Position numbers and translations under genes: made by a program
Shown here: one piece after another, positions 20,928 to 30,613 of the stretch
How the letters are laid out: each line of letters opens with the position of its first letter
Position numbering within the stretch: position 1 is the first letter of the stretch
Notes under the pieces: generated by a model
The model's database searches: none
Seen by the model: only the letters and a program-made list of their open reading frames with translations
Told to the model about the DNA's origin: nothing
NCBI GenBank assembly: GCA_964248365.1
Contig: CAXTYC010000005.1
Coordinates: 109,531 to 173,530, forward strand
DNA: 64,000 nucleotides
Reading direction: 5' to 3'
Source of the DNA: an uncultured Chroococcidiopsis sp.
GTDB taxonomy: Bacteria > Cyanobacteriota > Cyanobacteriia > Cyanobacteriales > Chroococcidiopsidaceae

Positions 20928-20943
20928 TGTAACCAGACATACA
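20928..20943. promoter_or_regulatory. Putative NtcA-binding site
   Basis: TGTA-ACCAGACA-TACA matches TGTA-N8-TACA, about 295 nt upstream of cheR. Confidence 0.5.
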
Positions 20944-21072
20944 AAAATATACAAATACTTCTATTGTCTCATGTTGTGGGGACAGCAACATTTGGGGGTT
21001 AAGATTACAGTTTTTGGTGTTGAAATACTAAGAAGATGTTTGAAAAATATTGTTTTGAACTTGTAGACTCTC

Positions 21073-21143
21073 TAGATCCCCCTTTATCCCCCAATTCATC
21101 GAGGAACTTTAACGCCCCTTGGCAAGGAGGGAGAGGGGGATCT
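21073..21143. repeat. ATCCCCC...GGGGGAT dispersed palindromic repeat
   Basis: GATCCCCCTTTATCCCCC...GGGAGAGGGGGATC. Related copies lie at about 17688, 28237 and 62272. Confidence 0.6.
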
Positions 21144-21236
21144 ATCAGGACTTAATGTATTACGCGAGATCCAAACATCCTCTAAAAATTTAGGCAAAGC
21201 AAAAAGTCTGAGTGTGCGTAATGGCAAAAGGTTTAA

Positions 21237-23096
21237 ATGAATACTAGCGAACAGAATCCCGAATTTGAATTGCTCGTTAACTACCTCAAACGCAATCGAG
21301 GATTTGATTTTACAGGTTACAAGCGCCCTAGCTTGATCCGCCGAGTACGCAAACGGATGCACGATATTAATGTTGAGAGCTTTAGTGAATATATAGACCA
21401 CTTAGAGGTAGATCCACAAGAATATGTTTATTTATTTAACACAATCTTAATTAATGTCACCTCCTTCTTCCGCGACGAGTCAGCCTGGGAGTACATTGGA
21501 AGTGAAATTATTCCCCAGATTGCCGCCAGAAGAAAACCTACAGAACCAATTCGTGTCTGGAGTCCTGGATGTGCTACAGGACAAGAAGCTTACACCTTGG
21601 CGATAGTCATGGCTGAAGCTTTGGGGATAGAACAATTCAAATCACGGGTGAAAATTTATGCTACTGATATAGACGATGAAGCTCTCAGCCAAGCCCGCTA
21701 CGGAACTTACAGCGCCAAAGAGGTGTCTTCAGTTCCCCCAGAACTGTTGGAGCGGTACTTTGATCGCACTGATAGCCACTACACTTTTCGCAAAGATCTG
21801 CGGCGAGCGGTAATCTTTGGTCGCCATGATTTAATTCAAGATGCGCCAATTTCCCGCATTGACTTGCTCAGTTGTCGCAACTGCTTGATGTATTTCAATG
21901 CGGAAGCCCAAGCCAGAATTATTGCTCGCTTTCACTTCGCCCTGAATGAAGGTGGCTTTCTGTTTTTAGGCAAGGCAGAAATGTTGCTTTCTCACAGCAA
22001 CAGCTTTACACCTATAGATTTGAAGCGGCGTATCTTCACAAAAGTATCAAAAGGAAATTTACGCGATCGCTCGCTACTTATCGGTAAAAATAGCAATGAA
22101 GACGACTTTAGCTATTTAACTAACCATGTAAGAATTCGGGATGCTGCTTTTGACGCTAATCCAGTAGCGCAGTTAGTCATCGATCTCAACGGCTTGATTG
22201 CTTTAGCTAATGAACGAATCAGGCAGCTTTTTGGTCTTACCCCTAAAGATTTGGGTCGCCCACTACAAGATTCAGAAATTTCCTACCGACCAATCGAATT
22301 GCGCTCCTGCATCGAGCAAGTTCACGCCAATCTTCGCACAATTACCCATGAGGAAGTTGAATGGACAACTAATTCTGGCGATATTGTATATTTTGATGTC
22401 CTGGTTGCACCACTGTTAGACCATAACAGTAGGCTGCTGGCCACAAGCATTACTTTCAAGGATGTCACCCAGTTTAAACAGTTGCAAGGTGAACTCGAAC
22501 ACTCCAACCAAGAGTTGGAAATGGCGTATGAGGAATTGCAATCTACCAATGAAGAGCTAGAGACAACCAACGAAGAACTGCAATCCTCCAACGAGGAATT
22601 GGAGACAACTAACGAAGAACTACAGTCAACCAACGAAGAACTGGAAACCATGAACGAAGAACTGCAATCCTCAAATGAAGAATTGCAGGCGATGAACGAA
22701 GAACTTCGCCTGCGTAGCGAAGAACTTAACTCGGTCAATGCCTTTTTAGAGTCGATTTTGATCAGTTTGCGTGGCGGTGTTGTAGTGTTGAACCGCGAAA
22801 TGCAAGTCCAAGTTTGGAACCATAGGGCAGAAAATCTTTGGGGATTACGGGCAGAGGAAGTTCAGGGACAACACTTTTTGAACTTGGATATTGGTCTGCC
22901 AGTAGATCAGCTAAAACAGTCAATCCGCAACTGCTTAACGGGTGAACCTAGCTACTTGGAAATAATGCTGAAGGCAACTAATCGCCGAGGTAAATTAATC
23001 CAATGTAAAGTTACCTGTACCTCACTGGTTGGTCTAGCTAATGAAATTCGCGGCGTGATTATCGTGATGGAGAGCTTGGAGGATAATGGGTCGTAG
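21237..23096 (+). CDS. cheR: CheR-type methyltransferase with PAS, glutamate-rich heptad coiled coil and PAS
   Basis: GFDFTGYKRPSLIRR, INVTSFFRD, VWSPGCATGQEAY, IYATDID, SCRNCLMYF, LFLGKAE; heptads ELQSTNE/ELETTNE at about 22490-22740. Confidence 0.92.
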   Translation: MNTSEQNPEFELLVNYLKRNRGFDFTGYKRPSLIRRVRKRMHDINVESFSEYIDHLEVDPQEYVYLFNTILINVTSFFRDESAWEYIGSEIIPQIAARRKPTEPIRVWSPGCATGQEAYTLAIVMAEALGIEQFKSRVKIYATDIDDEALSQARYGTYSAKEVSSVPPELLERYFDRTDSHYTFRKDLRRAVIFGRHDLIQDAPISRIDLLSCRNCLMYFNAEAQARIIARFHFALNEGGFLFLGKAEMLLSHSNSFTPIDLKRRIFTKVSKGNLRDRSLLIGKNSNEDDFSYLTNHVRIRDAAFDANPVAQLVIDLNGLIALANERIRQLFGLTPKDLGRPLQDSEISYRPIELRSCIEQVHANLRTITHEEVEWTTNSGDIVYFDVLVAPLLDHNSRLLATSITFKDVTQFKQLQGELEHSNQELEMAYEELQSTNEELETTNEELQSSNEELETTNEELQSTNEELETMNEELQSSNEELQAMNEELRLRSEELNSVNAFLESILISLRGGVVVLNREMQVQVWNHRAENLWGLRAEEVQGQHFLNLDIGLPVDQLKQSIRNCLTGEPSYLEIMLKATNRRGKLIQCKVTCTSLVGLANEIRGVIIVMESLEDNGS

Positions 23097-23444
23097 GGAG
23101 TAGGTAGGGGCGCTCTTTAAACGAGTTATCTGGAGGTTTACAAGTATATCTAATACACCCTTAGTACGGGAGTGGGGGGCAGGGGTGAAAAGAAAAATTA
23201 CGAATTACGAATTACGAATTACGAATTACCCTGTTGCTTTCAGCCTTAGAGGGGATATAAAAATACAAATAAACTGCCATCTTAGTAGTTAAAGACGGCT
23301 TACAATCTTATATAAACACTCACGGCTACAAATTCTACAAATTAAAAATATTTATTAGATCCAGTGTGTTTATTTTAACATAGGTTTTTGGTTAATGTTT
23401 GAATTTTGCAATTAGAGCATTTGACAAAAGGATTGTTAAGTTAG

Positions 23445-24830
23445 ATGAAACCCTTATTAAATACTAATTTTAGCAAAGATATGGATGAGTTTGTCCAGAA
23501 GGTGGAGAGTGTACAGCAACACGCAGAAATTTTACAACGCCGTGTGAACCTATCAAATTCACACGAATCAGAAGAAATCATGTTGTCAGCCTTGGAGGAA
23601 CTTCAAACTTCCTTGGAAGAACTGGGTGTGGCAGAAGAGGAGCTAAAACAGCAACATGAAGAACTGGCGATCGCTCGTGCTACTGTCGAAGCAGAACGTC
23701 AGCGATATCATGACTTATTTGAATTTGCCCCCGATGGCTACATAGTAACCGATGATGTTGGCATCATCAGGGAAGCCAACCGCGCCGCTATTAATCTGCT
23801 CAACGTCTCCCACGAGTATTTAATTCGCAAACCGCTGATTAACTTTATTCCTTATGAGGAACGGCGAAATTTTCGCGCCAAACTGAGCCAACTACTTCAA
23901 ACTGAGCGGATGGAGGAGTGGGAACTACGCATTAAACCAAAAGTAAGTGAAACCTTTGACGCTGCGGTAACAGTATCTACAGTCCGAGATTGGCAAGGTA
24001 AGTCTTCTGGCTGGCGTTGGCTGATACGCGATATCACCGCCCGTAAGCAAACCGAGGAAAAAATTCGCTCGATTCAATTACAAAACCTACAACTTCAAGA
24101 AGCGTCAAGGCTGAAATCTCATTTTTTGGCAATCATGTCTCATGAATTGCGTAGCCCCATGAACGCGATTATCGGGTTTTCCCAAGTGCTACTGCGTCAG
24201 AAGATTAACCAGGGGTTGTCTAATAATCAACAAAACATGGTTGAGCGCATTTTCAACAGTGGCAAACACTTACTAACATTAATAGATGACATCCTTGATT
24301 TCTCAAAGCTAGAGGTTGGTTGCCTGAAACTTCAACCACAAGAATTAAACTTAGCCCAATTAGTAACAGCAACGGTTGAAGAAATGCGATCCTTGGCTGA
24401 CCAGAAGAACTTGGATTTGCAGGCTAATATAAATTTGCAAAATACCAATATTGTTAATGATAGCACCCGCTTGCGACAGATATTAGTCAATTTACTATCT
24501 AATGCAATCAAATTCACTGATGCTGGTAATATACAAGTAGATGTATGGGAATTGCCTTCAAATAAAATAGCGCTCCAAGTTAAAGATACCGGAATTGGTA
24601 TTGCCTCTTCTGATATTGAGCATATTTTTCAAGAATTCCGTCAGTTAAATCAAACCCTAACTCGTGAACATGGCGGTACAGGTTTAGGATTGGCAATTAC
24701 AGACCGATTAGTACGTATGATGCAAGGAAAGATTGCAGTTGACAGCGAGTTGGGTCTCGGTTCAAGTTTTTGTGTTGAATTACCAAGGCAAATCCAAATC
24801 AATGATCAATTATCAATTATCAATGATTAA
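23445..24830 (+). CDS. Coiled-coil/PAS histidine kinase
   Basis: ALEELQTSLEELGVAEEELKQQHEEL; PAS (LFEFAPDGY, RDITARK); MSHELRSPMN; NAIKFT; GGTGLGL. Confidence 0.93.
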   Translation: MKPLLNTNFSKDMDEFVQKVESVQQHAEILQRRVNLSNSHESEEIMLSALEELQTSLEELGVAEEELKQQHEELAIARATVEAERQRYHDLFEFAPDGYIVTDDVGIIREANRAAINLLNVSHEYLIRKPLINFIPYEERRNFRAKLSQLLQTERMEEWELRIKPKVSETFDAAVTVSTVRDWQGKSSGWRWLIRDITARKQTEEKIRSIQLQNLQLQEASRLKSHFLAIMSHELRSPMNAIIGFSQVLLRQKINQGLSNNQQNMVERIFNSGKHLLTLIDDILDFSKLEVGCLKLQPQELNLAQLVTATVEEMRSLADQKNLDLQANINLQNTNIVNDSTRLRQILVNLLSNAIKFTDAGNIQVDVWELPSNKIALQVKDTGIGIASSDIEHIFQEFRQLNQTLTREHGGTGLGLAITDRLVRMMQGKIAVDSELGLGSSFCVELPRQIQINDQLSIIND

Positions 24831-24868
24831 TTACCAGGAAAGATGTAGCACTGCTACGTCTCTACCAA

Positions 24869-25237
24869 CTACCAATTAAGTTGATCTTGCAATTGTTTTT
24901 GTAGCGTTTTCACTTGCTCCTGTGAGATCTCCAACTGCTCTGTTAATTTATACTTTTCATCTTGCAACTGTTGATATAATTTCTCTGAGTTATCTGTTTC
25001 ATTTTGTAACTGATTTTGTAGATTATTGAATTTTTCTTGTAAATTATACAATTGTTCTTGATCTGACAAAGTTTTTGTCCTAATGTGTTGCTTCATGTAC
25101 TCTTCACGCTTGCGAGTATTGGCAACTAGTTCATTAATTGTTTTACCTATATCAGATTGCTGTTTTAGCCATGCCACAGTTTCTGGCAACAACCTTAGAT
25201 ACTTATTGTAAATAATAGAATCAGAGACAATAGACAT
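24869..25237 (-). CDS. Hypothetical coiled-coil protein
   Basis: 122-aa ORF with a Q/E/L-rich heptad C-terminus. Confidence 0.65.
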   Translation of the reverse strand: MSIVSDSIIYNKYLRLLPETVAWLKQQSDIGKTINELVANTRKREEYMKQHIRTKTLSDQEQLYNLQEKFNNLQNQLQNETDNSEKLYQQLQDEKYKLTEQLEISQEQVKTLQKQLQDQLNW

Positions 25238-25355
25238 ATTTCAAGCCTCGTGCGTAATAGAGGCACAAATAACCTGTTAAGAAGATAATCTTCGTCTCTA
25301 TTTTATCTAACTCTAGTGCCTAAACAAATAAAATAATTATGCATATAGATATAGA

Positions 25356-26270
25356 TCACATTATCCGTTCTGCTATTCGGAGCTTAGCAGAACGAGAGCG
25401 GGTATTTTGCTCTATTTCGTCTGCTTGTGGTATAATGGGTTTTTTTGTTAATACCTGCAATATTGGTGAAGAGCGGAGAGCATTTTTAACTAGTCGATCT
25501 TCTAAACTGTGAAAACTGATAATAGCAATTCTGCCGCCTGGTTTTAACCAGTTGGGGGCGCGGTTGAGGAAGGTTTCGAGCGTAGATAATTCATCATTAA
25601 CTACGATTCTCAAGGCTTGAAACACGCGAGTAGCGGGGTGAATGGATTTCTGGCGCGCTTTAGAGCGCGACTTACCATATCTGTATTGCCGAGGTACAGC
25701 TGATGCGATCGCATCGGCTAAATCGGTAGTTGTTTGAAATGGACGACGCTCAACAATCCGCCGTGCTATGCGGCGTGAAAGTCTTTCCTCACCATATTGA
25801 AAGAAAATATCTGCCAGTTGGCGTTCATCCCAGGAGTTTATCACATCAGCGGCAGTGATCTTTCGCCCTCTATCCATTCGCATATCCAAACTTGCCGTGT
25901 GACGAAAACTAAAACCTCGTTCAGCCACATCAAACTGGTAAGAACTAACACCTAAATCTGCGATAATACCATCAAATGTTAGATTATTAGGCTCATAAGA
26001 GGCAAAATTACTTTGAATAAATTGTACCCTCGTGCCATAGTCAGCTAGCAGGATTTTAGCAGCTGCGATCGCCTCCTCATCCTGGTCAACAGCAGTCACC
26101 CTAACATCTGAGCCAGCCTGCAAAATTAACCGACTGTGACCACCACCCCCTACAGTAGCATCTAGATAATGCCCACCCGAACGCACCGCCAACCCATCAA
26201 TCAATTCCCGACTCAACACAGGCACATGAACAAACCTTTGTGCCTCGCTCCCAGCTATCTCCGACTCCAT
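25356..26270 (-). CDS. rsmH: 16S rRNA m4C1402 methyltransferase
   Basis: [58 protein letters not shown]. Confidence 0.96.
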   Translation of the reverse strand: MESEIAGSEAQRFVHVPVLSRELIDGLAVRSGGHYLDATVGGGGHSRLILQAGSDVRVTAVDQDEEAIAAAKILLADYGTRVQFIQSNFASYEPNNLTFDGIIADLGVSSYQFDVAERGFSFRHTASLDMRMDRGRKITAADVINSWDERQLADIFFQYGEERLSRRIARRIVERRPFQTTTDLADAIASAVPRQYRYGKSRSKARQKSIHPATRVFQALRIVVNDELSTLETFLNRAPNWLKPGGRIAIISFHSLEDRLVKNALRSSPILQVLTKKPIIPQADEIEQNTRSRSAKLRIAERIM

Positions 26271-26429
26271 ATAATTAAAGAAGTGAAAAATGAAACAACA
26301 AGTCAAATCCCACATGCCGTCCCCTCCAACTTAACTTAACTCTATCGCCCCTTTTTGGCGTTCTTGGCGTTCTTGGCGTTCTTAGCGGTTCGATTCTAAA
26401 TACTTACTACTTTAAAAATCACTTAACCT

Positions 26430-27614
26430 ATGGCACAGATAGAAACCAGAACAGAACCCATGGTGCTTAACATGGGACCGCATCACCCCTCCATGCATGG
26501 AGTAATGCGGCTGATTGTCACCCTGGACGGCGAAGATGTGGTCGATTGTGAACCAGTCATCGGCTACCTGCACCGGGGCATGGAGAAAATTGCCGAGAAT
26601 CGTACCAACATCATGTATGTCCCCTACGTTAGTCGTTGGGACTACGCAGCAGGGATGTTTAACGAAGCCGTCACTGTCAATGCCCCAGAAAGACTAGCAG
26701 ATATTACTGTCCCCAAACGCGCCAGCTACATTCGCGTCATCATGCTGGAACTCAACCGCATAGCTAATCACCTGCTGTGGTTAGGACCATTCATGGCTGA
26801 CGTTGGCGCTCAAACTCCCTTCTTCTACATCTTCCGAGAACGGGAAATGATTTATGACCTGTGGGAAGCTGCTACAGGTTATCGGATGGTAAATAACAAC
26901 TACTTCCGCATTGGTGGTGTCGCCGTTGATTTACCCTACGGTTGGGTGGATAAGTGCTACGACTTCTGCGACTACTTCATCCCCAAAGTAGACGAATACG
27001 AGCGCTTGATTACCGACAACCCAATCTTTCGCCGCCGAGTCGAAGGTGTAGGCACGATTAGCCGCGAAGAAGCAATTAACTGGGGGCTTTCCGGTCCCAT
27101 GCTGCGGGCGAGTGGCGTGAAATGGGATTTACGCAAAGTTGACCACTACGAGTGCTACGACGACTTAGACTGGGATGTACACTGGGAAACCGCAGGTGAT
27201 TGCTTTGCCAGATACGTAGTGCGAATTCGGGAAATGCGTGAATCAGTCAAAATTCTTCGCCAAGCCCTCAAAGCACTTCCAGGCGGTCCCTATGAAAACC
27301 TAGAAGCCAAGCGGATGCAAGCAGGAGCAAAGTCAGAATGGAATGGCTTTGATTACCAGTACATCGGTAAGAAAATTTCCCCCACCTTTAAGATTCCCAA
27401 GGGTGAATACTACGCCAGGGTTGAAAGCGGTAAAGGTGAACTGGGAATTTATCTAATTGGAGAGGATAACGTTTTCCCCTGGCGGTGGAAGATTCGCCCA
27501 GCAGACTACAATAACCTGCAAATTCTCCCCGAAATCCTCAGAGGTGTAAAAGTCGCTGACATTGTGACGATTTTGGGTAGTGTTGACATCATTATGGGAT
27601 CTGTAGACCGTTAA
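26430..27614 (+). CDS. ndhH: NAD(P)H-quinone oxidoreductase (NDH-1) subunit H
   Basis: [41 protein letters not shown]. Confidence 0.98.
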   Translation: MAQIETRTEPMVLNMGPHHPSMHGVMRLIVTLDGEDVVDCEPVIGYLHRGMEKIAENRTNIMYVPYVSRWDYAAGMFNEAVTVNAPERLADITVPKRASYIRVIMLELNRIANHLLWLGPFMADVGAQTPFFYIFREREMIYDLWEAATGYRMVNNNYFRIGGVAVDLPYGWVDKCYDFCDYFIPKVDEYERLITDNPIFRRRVEGVGTISREEAINWGLSGPMLRASGVKWDLRKVDHYECYDDLDWDVHWETAGDCFARYVVRIREMRESVKILRQALKALPGGPYENLEAKRMQAGAKSEWNGFDYQYIGKKISPTFKIPKGEYYARVESGKGELGIYLIGEDNVFPWRWKIRPADYNNLQILPEILRGVKVADIVTILGSVDIIMGSVDR

Positions 27615-27778
27615 TTATGAGGGGCTTGGGGCTTGGGGCTGGGGGCTAGAGGAAAGCTGAGGGGGAATCAGGGCAGAGTGGGAGAGGGGGAGAATCATTA
27701 ATTACGAATTACCTTTACCCTTTACCCTTTCCCCTTTACCCTTTCCCTAGCCTCTAGCCTAAGCGCCCCCATTTTTTT

Positions 27779-29125
27779 ATGAATCGACCATTAGTTGATG
27801 ATTCTAATTTGGTGTTGTGCGATGAGATTTGTCGTCGTATTGCTTCAAGTACTGGGCATCGGATTACTTTTGCCGAGTATATGGACATGGTGCTGTATCA
27901 TCCTAAGCAGGGCTACTATGTCACCAATGCTGTCAACATTGGTTCACAAGGCGATTTTTTTACTTCTCCCCATTTAGGTGCTGACTTTGGCGAATTGCTG
28001 GCTGTTGCATTTGTCGAAATGTGGGAGATTTTGGGGAAACCAGCACCTTTTTCTTTGGTAGAAATGGGAGCTGGGCAAGGTATCCTAGCAGCAGATATCC
28101 TCAAGTATATTGGGCAGCACTATCGAGATTTTTTTACCGCCTTAGAGTACATTATTGTTGAAAAATCCCCAGCTTTAAAGCAAGAACAACAGCAACGCTT
28201 GCAACACATTTCGTCCAGTCATGATTTAGAAGCGGAAATCCCCCCAACAGGGGTTGACAAGGGGGACTATGTTTCCCCCTTTGTAAGGGGGACTAAGGGG
28301 GATCAAGCCATACCCGAACAGTGTTTGAGTCTACCCATACGCTGGTGCAATCTGGAGGAGATAACAAGTAACTCAATTACTGGCTGCTTTTTTTCCAATG
28401 AATTAGTGGATGCAATGCCCGTGCATCAGTTCATTGTAGAATCGGGGCGTTTGCAGGAAGTTTATGTGACAACAGCAGGCGAGAGGAAAGTGGGGCAAGG
28501 CATTGCCCTTACAGGAATTGCAAGCAAGTTTACAGAGGTGATGGGTGAACCATCTACACCCCAATTGGCTGAATATTTTGATTTGGTAGGTATCAAATTG
28601 CCCTCTAGCGCTTACCCAAATGGTTATCGCAGCGAGGTGAACTTAGCTGCACTAGACTGGCTGAAAATGGTAGCAGATAAATTACATTGTGGGTATTTGT
28701 TAACAATTGATTATGGCTACCTGGCAAGTCGTTACTACAGTCCGACGCGATCGCAAGGGACGCTCCAGTGCTACTATCAGCATCGATACCATGACAACCC
28801 ATATATTAATATTGGGCGGCAAGATATTACAGCTCATGTTGACTTTACTGCTTTAGAAAGATCCGGTGAGCAGTGTGGGTTTGATAAAGTTGGTTTTACT
28901 CAACAGGGATTGTTTTTGATGGCTTTGGGAATAGGTGATCGCATAGCTACTCTTTCCACTACTACCACGCAATCTATCCAACAATTGCTAAGAAGACGGG
29001 ATGCATTACATCAGCTAATAGATCCCCACGGATTGGGCGGTTTTGGCATTTTAGTGCAAAGCAAAGGATTAACAGCAGCCCAAGCCGCACACAATTTGAA
29101 AGGTTTTAATTTACCTGCTATTTAA
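27779..29125 (+). CDS. MidA/NDUFAF7-family class I SAM-dependent methyltransferase
   Basis: ITFAEYM..LYHP..GYY, GDFFTSP, VEMGAGQG, FSNELVDAMP, IDYG, QDITAHVDF. Contains a repeat-derived insert at about 28215-28330. Confidence 0.9.
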   Translation: MNRPLVDDSNLVLCDEICRRIASSTGHRITFAEYMDMVLYHPKQGYYVTNAVNIGSQGDFFTSPHLGADFGELLAVAFVEMWEILGKPAPFSLVEMGAGQGILAADILKYIGQHYRDFFTALEYIIVEKSPALKQEQQQRLQHISSSHDLEAEIPPTGVDKGDYVSPFVRGTKGDQAIPEQCLSLPIRWCNLEEITSNSITGCFFSNELVDAMPVHQFIVESGRLQEVYVTTAGERKVGQGIALTGIASKFTEVMGEPSTPQLAEYFDLVGIKLPSSAYPNGYRSEVNLAALDWLKMVADKLHCGYLLTIDYGYLASRYYSPTRSQGTLQCYYQHRYHDNPYINIGRQDITAHVDFTALERSGEQCGFDKVGFTQQGLFLMALGIGDRIATLSTTTTQSIQQLLRRRDALHQLIDPHGLGGFGILVQSKGLTAAQAAHNLKGFNLPAI

Positions 29126-29220
29126 AATGTATCATAGTGCGTTATTAACGCATCTTACAGCTAAGATACTGGTTCCCAGACTAAGCCTGTAATTACCAAT
29201 TACTATTAACTGTAATCTTC

Positions 29221-29388
29221 CAGCATTCTCAAGCGCGCCTTCAGCCACCTTGAAATTAATTTCAAGGTTCATAGCACTCGTCTACAAATGTAGACTATGT
29301 ATAAGTCTTAACCCATTTTAATGGGTTTTAGCTATTAGCTGTGAAAATTAATTTTCGGGCGGTTGTTGCAACAGGTGCAAGATCCCAG
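29221..29388. repeat. Multi-hairpin non-coding dispersed repeat (MITE/REP-like)
   Basis: Palindromes CCTTGAAATTAATTTCAAGG, GTCTACAAATGTAGAC and AACCCATTTTAATGGGTT; ends in TGCAAGATC, a motif also seen near 49428. Confidence 0.55.
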
Positions 29389-29631
29389 ATTAAATAATTC
29401 ATTGTATAGGAATATCTATAATATAGCCTTTTTTACATCAAATAAAAATACTTTTTTGTCAAGGAATAACTAAATAAATAACATTTATTATCCAATAGAT
29501 AATGACCAGCTGTAGGATAGTAAATATTAACGAAGCTGCCCAAAACTTAAAACTGTGTTAATCATTCGAGAGTGTGAACCACTTTTCGCTCAAATTGATT
29601 AAAGTGAAAAGTAAAACGGCAGAGCAAAATT

Positions 29632-29727
29632 ATGAACACACACGATCTAATAATGTTGGTGGCGCTACTTGTTCCTGGTATATTACTCTCAATTGTAATT
29701 TTGGTTACATTTGCTGCAGGTGGCTAA
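29632..29727 (+). CDS. 31-aa single-TM small protein (possibly Norf4-like)
   Basis: Not in the ORF track. MNTHDLIMLVALLVPGILLSIVILVTFAAGG*, followed by a stem-loop. Confidence 0.7.
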   Translation: MNTHDLIMLVALLVPGILLSIVILVTFAAGG

Positions 29728-30001
29728 CTAGGAAAGGAATCAAGGCTGTCTCACTCATGACTTAACTAAAGTGAAGCCCCGCTGGTTCCACTAAATTAAG
29801 TTAGCCAAAAACTTTGGTAACTGGTAACTGGTAACTGATAACTGTTATCTCTACCCTGGAGTCGATAAGCCATTGTGAAGGGTCAAGTATAGTTAAAAGA
29901 TAGCCTGTACCTTATTTTACTTCCAAAACAGGCGAAAATAGGCATCAATTCGCAATTTCAACTATATTCAAGTTGTCATTCCCAATCAACAAGGCAAAAA
30001 T

Positions 30002-30445
30002 ATGGAATCTCAACTGCCACAAACAGAGTACGCAAATACGACCTCTCCAGAAGGTATGACGGTAACAGAGCCAGCACCCTTGGCAAAACTTCCACCTGCT
30101 CCTCAAACAGATGAGCAATGGCGTAAAGTTGGTACACAAGTTTCTTCCTTTTTGGCAGAACTACCTGATTACATAGGAAGGATTTTTAACGAGTACAAGC
30201 AGCCAATTATCGTTGTCTCTCTAATTTTGGCAGCGATTATTACACTTAGAGTAGTCCTGGCGGTACTGGATGCCCTCAATGGTATTCCTCTACTTTCCCC
30301 AACTTTTGAGTTAATTGGTATTGGCTACTCCGCTTGGTTCGTTAATCGCTACTTACTCAGAGCGTCAAAACGGCAAGAATTAGCTCAAGTAATTCAAGGG
30401 CTTAAACAACAAGTTGTTGGTAGCCAACAACTGCCGGAAGCGTAA
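30002..30445 (+). CDS. CAAD-domain (CURT1/CurT-like) membrane protein
   Basis: LAVLDALNGIPLLSPTFELIGIGYSAWFVNRYLL. Confidence 0.88.
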   Translation: MESQLPQTEYANTTSPEGMTVTEPAPLAKLPPAPQTDEQWRKVGTQVSSFLAELPDYIGRIFNEYKQPIIVVSLILAAIITLRVVLAVLDALNGIPLLSPTFELIGIGYSAWFVNRYLLRASKRQELAQVIQGLKQQVVGSQQLPEA

Positions 30446-30484
30446 AATTAAATTACTCATTACCTTGCACAACAGCTAAAAAAC

Positions 30485-30521
30485 TAAAGGGGCGATCTGG
30501 CTTCGTCAGATCGCCCCTTTA
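30485..30521. terminator. Bidirectional stem-loop terminator candidate
   Basis: TAAAGGGGCGATCTG / CAGATCGCCCCTTTA, a 15-bp perfect stem between convergent genes. Confidence 0.65.
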
Positions 30522-30613
30522 TGGTAGGGTGGGCGCCCACCCGAATAGTGGGTAATGTAGACTTTTGCAAGAGATCTAATGTGTAGGCATTACCCACCAT
30601 AAATAAAAAAACT

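Noticed and set aside
22490..22740. 21/42-bp periodic DNA as a repeat array or ncRNA
   Set aside because: It encodes the ELQSTNE/ELETTNE heptads of CheR, with variation at synonymous positions.
29574..29765. 63-aa ORF from the track
   Set aside because: It overlaps the more convincing 31-aa TM ORF in another frame and has no protein-like features.
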